DNA from: Octopus vulgaris
Lineage: Eukaryota
DNA: 64,000 nt
Assembly (NCBI GenBank): GCA_951406725.2
Contig: OX597833.1
Coordinates: 64,852,001-64,916,000, forward strand
Direction of reading: 5' to 3'
The notes beneath the pieces were generated by a model, which did not search any database, was not told the DNA's origin, and worked only from the letters and a program-made list of their open reading frames with translations. Both the position numbers and the translations under genes were made by a program. Of the stretch, positions 58,568-64,000 are shown piece by piece. How positions within the stretch are numbered: the stretch's first letter is position 1; every line of letters starts with the position of its first letter.

Positions 58568-58605
58568 GACGGATTCTCTTGTCGCGAACGACAAATGGTG
58601 GTTCA
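58298..58605. repeat. Inverted arms of about 47 bp flanking a (TA)n tract
   Basis: tgaaccaccatttgtcgtt(a/c)gcgacaagagaatccgtcatgtata and its reverse complement. Confidence 0.9.
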
Positions 58606-58726
58606 CAAAAATAAAGCGTTTATCACGTTCTATGGAAACGATTGTGCAAACCATTTGAGAAATGAAAAGCAGGTGAGGATTCATACATAAGTATTTGTAT
58701 ATGTATGATTATAGAGTTAGACACAC

Positions 58727-58828
<102 letters not shown>

Positions 58829-58834
58829 GGAGAT

Positions 58835-58984
58835 ATGGATGTATTAGTATAACGCTCAAGAATAGAAAAAGTCTTTTACGTTTCGAGCCTACGCTCTTCT
58901 ACAGAAAGGGACACAGAAAAAACAAGGGGAGAAACAAGGAAAGAAAGAATGTGTGTAGTGGCTAACGATCTATCATGATAACTC

Positions 58985-58985
<1 letters not shown>
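58835..58985 (-). mobile_element. Short HHR-bearing repeat, family H1
   Basis: Embedded in (GATA)n. Confidence 0.8.
58873..58908 (-). ncRNA. Minimal type-I hammerhead motif with non-canonical core
   Basis: CUUU-CUGUAGA-A-GAGC(GUAG)GCUC-GAAAC-GUA|AAAG. Confidence 0.65.
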
Positions 58986-59083
<98 letters not shown>

Positions 59084-59422
59084 CAGACAGACAGATAACC
59101 TTGAAAGGCAATCGAGAGTGTTTTATTTTATAGGGACTTTACATAAACGTGTACAAATATGCATTGCACCCCATACTCTAGGTTTTGTTTTGGAGGAAGG
59201 AAGGAATACATGGTACTCAAGCTTTTCATTGCTGTTCTATTTATTGTTAGCGAGAAGGGGCGATAAAATTTAAAGTTATATTCTGGCTAGATTTGAACGC
59301 AAAATATAAATAATGGACAAGATTTTTTCGTGAAGCTCTCATAATTTGTCAATTCAGCAACGTATAGTCTCATAAATGTTTATATATACATACATAAATA
59401 CATACATACATACATACATACA

Positions 59423-59455
<33 letters not shown>

Positions 59456-59483
59456 GTGTGTGTATGTATGTATCTATGTATGT

Positions 59484-59557
<74 letters not shown>

Positions 59558-60092
59558 CCGTGTGTCGTCTGTGTGTGCGCGTATTTTATTTCACAAGTTG
59601 ATACAGTACACTGTATGAACAAAATTTCTTAAAACGTTTTAATAAGATAATAAAACAGCCGGATTTTGGTATATACCTCATAGAAGAGAGCTAGAGTTTC
59701 GCAGTCTTTGAATTGATAATTATCTTCTTTTCTCTCTTCTTTTTCTTTTGTTTTTGTTTCCTCATCTAACTTACAACAGTTGCTTCTGAATAGAATGCAA
59801 ACATCCATTCATTGCGGATTAAACGAACGCGTAGTAATGTTATTGCCAAAATAAGTGAGATGAATGCACTTGGTTTGGAGATAAACTCCAAACGAAAATC
59901 TTTTAAAACCTACACTCTTCATAGATTTCTATATCCTTTCTTTTAACTAATCACGTTTCACAATGTTTATGTTGAATGTATATATTCACAAACTATAGCT
60001 TCGAGGTACATTCATACACACACACATATGTATATGTATATATGTATGTATGTATATATATATTAGCATGTGTATATATATGTAAATATATG

Positions 60093-60163
<71 letters not shown>

Positions 60164-60216
60164 ATATAAATGTGTATATATATATATATATATATACATA
60201 TATATATTAGTATATG

Positions 60217-60271
<55 letters not shown>

Positions 60272-61203
60272 CTGTGTATTTACATATACAAATATATTTA
60301 TTTGTGTATGTATGTATGTATGTACGTATAAAGTTTGTGTACGTACCACCATTTTAATTATGTTTTTATGATTAACAAAATAAAAAAAAAACACATGATT
60401 CCTTTGTAAGTTATTCTGAAAAGAAATCTGTTGTAACTTTCATTGCGTTCATTTAAAACAAGCAAAAAAAAAAAAATTATAAGACAAATGTACTTTTGTT
60501 GCTTGGAATAAGAAATTGCGTCGTTGTCTTTGGTTGTAGAGGAGGATGCTTCGTCACGCAACATCCTTTGATCTTAGAGAGTTACTGCTATAGACAATCT
60601 AACCGTGCACTCCATGTCCTTTTTATGGGTAGGAAAGAATCAATAAGTAATATGCTCGTTTTATTGTTTTTTTTTTTAAGAAATTAAGGTCTGATTTGAA
60701 TGATTTTATTTCTTGGTCGCGCTTCGGAAATCCGTAATTCATATTTAAGTATATATGTGTGTGTATATGTGTATGTGTGTATCTGCTTGTGTGTCTGTAT
60801 TTCTGTGTATTTTTCGAGTATATAAAAATTATACATAAGTATCTTCTTATGATATCCTCCGTATATGCAAATATTTAGCATTTTATAGAATTTTGGAATT
60901 TATATTATATATATCATTTCAGCAACTAGGTTTTATAACCATTTTTATTACTAACTTTTTATTCATTTATTAAAAATACTTATAATATTTTAAACAATTT
61001 TCGAATATAAAAATTCTTATATATCATTATCATGTATATAACTTTTTGTAATGTAATAATGTATGTTTTGTACGTATGGGAACCTATATGGCCATTATAC
61101 ATTCAGCCTGTGTATATAAATAAACATTATTTACGAACATATGTATACGATAATCATAACAGTCCATGTACAAGTGTATCTCTATTTTATTGTCGTGTAT
61201 GGA

Positions 61204-61299
<96 letters not shown>

Positions 61300-61463
61300 A
61301 TTTTATTTTTATTTATTTTTTTTTTTTTTATATATATATATATATATACACGTTATCGTATGTATAGGAATGTGCTTGTTTTTCTTCCTTTATATACACA
61401 CATCCTTGTACCGGTATATACACGCATTAACTCTGAAGTATAAAGATATGTATGATATATATA

Positions 61464-61881
61464 TATTTCTTTACTACCCACAAGGGGCTAAACATAGAGG
61501 GGACAAACAATGACAAACAAAGGGATCAAGTCGATTACGTCGACCCCAGTGCGAAACTGGTACTTTATTTATCGACCTCGAAATGATGAAAGGCAAAGTC
61601 GACCTCGGCGGAATTTGAACTCAGAACGTAACGACAGACGAAATACCTATTTCTTTACTACCTACTAGGGTCTAAACACAGAGGAGACAAACAAAGACAG
61701 ACACACGGATTAAGTCGATTACATCGATCCCAATGCGTAACTGGTACTTAATTTATCGACCCATAAACGATGTAAGGCAAAGTCGACCTCGGCGGAATTT
61801 GAACTCAGAAACGTAACGGCAGACGAAATACGGCTACGCATTTCGCCCGGCGTGCTAACGTTTCTGCCAGCTCTCCGCCTT
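61464..61881 (-). mobile_element. SINE family C tandem dimer
   Basis: Two body-tail units with the same junction as 27483-27503. Confidence 0.9.
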
Positions 61882-62573
61882 TATATAAAGCTATGTATGA
61901 CATATAATGTTTTGCGTGTGCACATCCATCGACATATGATGTCAATGGTTTTAATTTTAATTATTTCTCCATTACTATTACAAATAGAAATAAGACTAAT
62001 TTTTCCCTACAGTGTTATCTCCCCTACACTTCTCATAATTCTGATTTATTTTATTTTCTCCTAGATTATTCACAGCTCTTTGATATATATATATAACTTT
62101 TCTATACCGTTCCATAGATCATTCATAGTTTTTAGCAGCTGATAAAATAAGTAAATACAACCACATCTTCATATTTTTATTTACTATTTAAAAAAAAAAA
62201 TTATATTTATTTTATTAACCGTTTTTCGTAAACATCTAATAAAATATCCATCTACAAGTTTAAATACACTCATCTCTTTCTATAAAAGATTAGAATATTA
62301 TTTACATAAAACATTTTTTTATTATAAAATTTATAGTTTATATACCACAAACTATATATAATTGCTATTAAACATTTTTTTAAAAACTAATATCTAAGCC
62401 GTATTGATTATTGATGGTTAAATATGAATTTTAGTCACCAGTATTTAAAATTCCATACTCCCTGTTTTGGTGATGCTTTTTCCGTTAAATAAAAGCCCTC
62501 CTGTTTATTGACTTCATATATGGCAGTTTAAAATTAGCTCCTTTATACTAATCTATAGAGAGAATGTAACCCT

Positions 62574-62930
62574 TACTCTTTTCTCTTTTTTAGTCTTTTA
62601 CTTGTTTCAGTCATTTGACTGCGGCCATGCTGGAGCACCGCCTTTAGTCGAGCAAATCGACCCCGGGACTCATTCTTTGTAAGCATCGGTTGTCAGCATC
62701 GGTTGTCAAGCAATGCTGGGGGGACAAACACAGACACACAAACACACACATACATATATATATATACATATATACGACAGGCTTCTTTCAGTTTCCGTCT
62801 ACCAAATCTACTCACAAGGCATTGGTCGGCCCGGGGCTATAGTAGAAGACACTTGCCCAAGCTGCCACGCAGTGGGACTGAACCCGAAACCATGTGGTTG
62901 GTAAGCAAGCTACTTACCACACAGCCACTC
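62574..62930 (-). mobile_element. SINE family B (internal deletion with a 13-bp duplication, agcatcggttgtc twice)
   Basis: Direct comparison with 41911-42334. Confidence 0.9.
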
Positions 62931-63049
62931 TGATCCCTAAAATATGCTTGGTCTGGTTACTATAATATAACGGCGTTATCTATTATAAATGTTAGTGATA
63001 CAGAATCAGTTTTCGACGATATCAAATAGTGTTATCAAATAGCAAATAA

Positions 63050-63460
63050 TTGCTCTGAAGTATAAATTTTTACGATTCAAGCATAAAGACTTGATTTATG
63101 CTTCCGAAAGTGCTTCAGCGTCCTTTTCCAACTAGAATGTTATTGCTTCTATTCCGTAGTCATGTGGGATGTTTGTGTAAAGATTAATAATATCGAAGGA
63201 AACCAATAAGGTCGCTTCATTAGTTGTTTTTCTTAGGTCCTCTACCATGTCCAGGTCGTCTCTAATAAACGTTTTGATGTATTTCAGCAAGGGTTTCTGT
63301 AGGATGTTTAGGAAATGGCTTAGGCGTTGGGTTTTACAGGTTGGGCCAGCTATTATGGGTCTTAATTTTTAGCCTTCTGGTGCTTGGATATTTATGTATT
63401 TGCCTGGTGATTGTTTGCAGGTTCCATTAAGTATCTTGCTCTAGTGTATTTTATGTAGAC
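63050..63460 (-). pseudogene. Penelope-like element reverse transcriptase fragment
   Basis: KIH*SK..KLRPIIAGPTCKTQRLSHFLNILQKPLLKYIKTFIRDDLD..LLVSFDIINLYTNIPHDYGIEAI. Confidence 0.85.
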
Positions 63461-63579
63461 ATAACGTTTCTCATTTCTTTATTGCCCACAACGGGCTAAA
63501 CTTTAATAAGAAGGGTTGCAAAATTTCACAGCTCTAGCACAACTCCTTGGTCACCCTATGAATTTTTCGGAGAATAAAA

Positions 63580-63760
63580 TTATTCTTTTCTACTCTAGGC
63601 ACATGGCCCGAAATTTCGGCTGAGGGGACTAGTCGATTAGATCGACACCAGTACGCAACTGGTACTCAATTTACCGACCACTAAGGGATAAAAGGCAAAG
63701 TCGACCTCGGCGGAATTTGAACTCAGAACGTAGCGGCAGAGGAAGTAGCGCTAAGTATTC
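63580..63760 (-). mobile_element. SINE family C (alternative tail type)
   Basis: Body match plus tail ..aaatttcgggccatgtgcctagagtagaaaagaat. Confidence 0.85.
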
Positions 63761-64000
63761 TAAAAAAGACTAGGTTTACATTTAAAGTTCGTGATGTAAT
63801 CTATTTCTTTTTCCCTCAGGTCTTTTCCATGTAGAAGTATCAGGCACGAAAGGAAATGAGGAGCGTGGAAGAGTAAAAGCATTTGAGAAGGGAAAATGGT
63901 CGGCGAGGAGTGAACGGGCCCAGTGGGAATGTGATTGTGTCATACGTGTTATAATCTTATTGGTGTGTGTGTGTGTGTATGTGCGTGTATCCGTGTTTTG

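Overview
This is an AT-rich, extremely microsatellite-dense eukaryotic region with no recognisable host protein-coding exon. The repeat content suggests an octopus or other coleoid cephalopod genome (inference). Almost all ORFs in the track are artefacts of (TA)n, (CA)n, (GATA)n and trinucleotide arrays. The real content is transposon-derived: three tRNA-headed SINE families (over 20 copies, several with target-site duplications), decayed mariner and maT/DD37D transposases, MITE/foldback palindromes, two non-autonomous Helitrons, a Helitron carrying an open PIF1-helicase C-terminus, and LINE relics (CR1-like, RTE-like, R4/Dong-like, Penelope RT). The most notable signal is a set of nine minimal type-I hammerhead-ribozyme (HHR) motifs from four short-repeat families. 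They show covarying stems and palindromic stem III (dimer-type), and two of the families sit in long inverted repeats. One family consistently carries a non-canonical core (CUGUAGA, A6U). Also present are a templated insertion inside a mariner and fixed-junction SINE multimers. All calls were made by eye; no database search or folding program was run.
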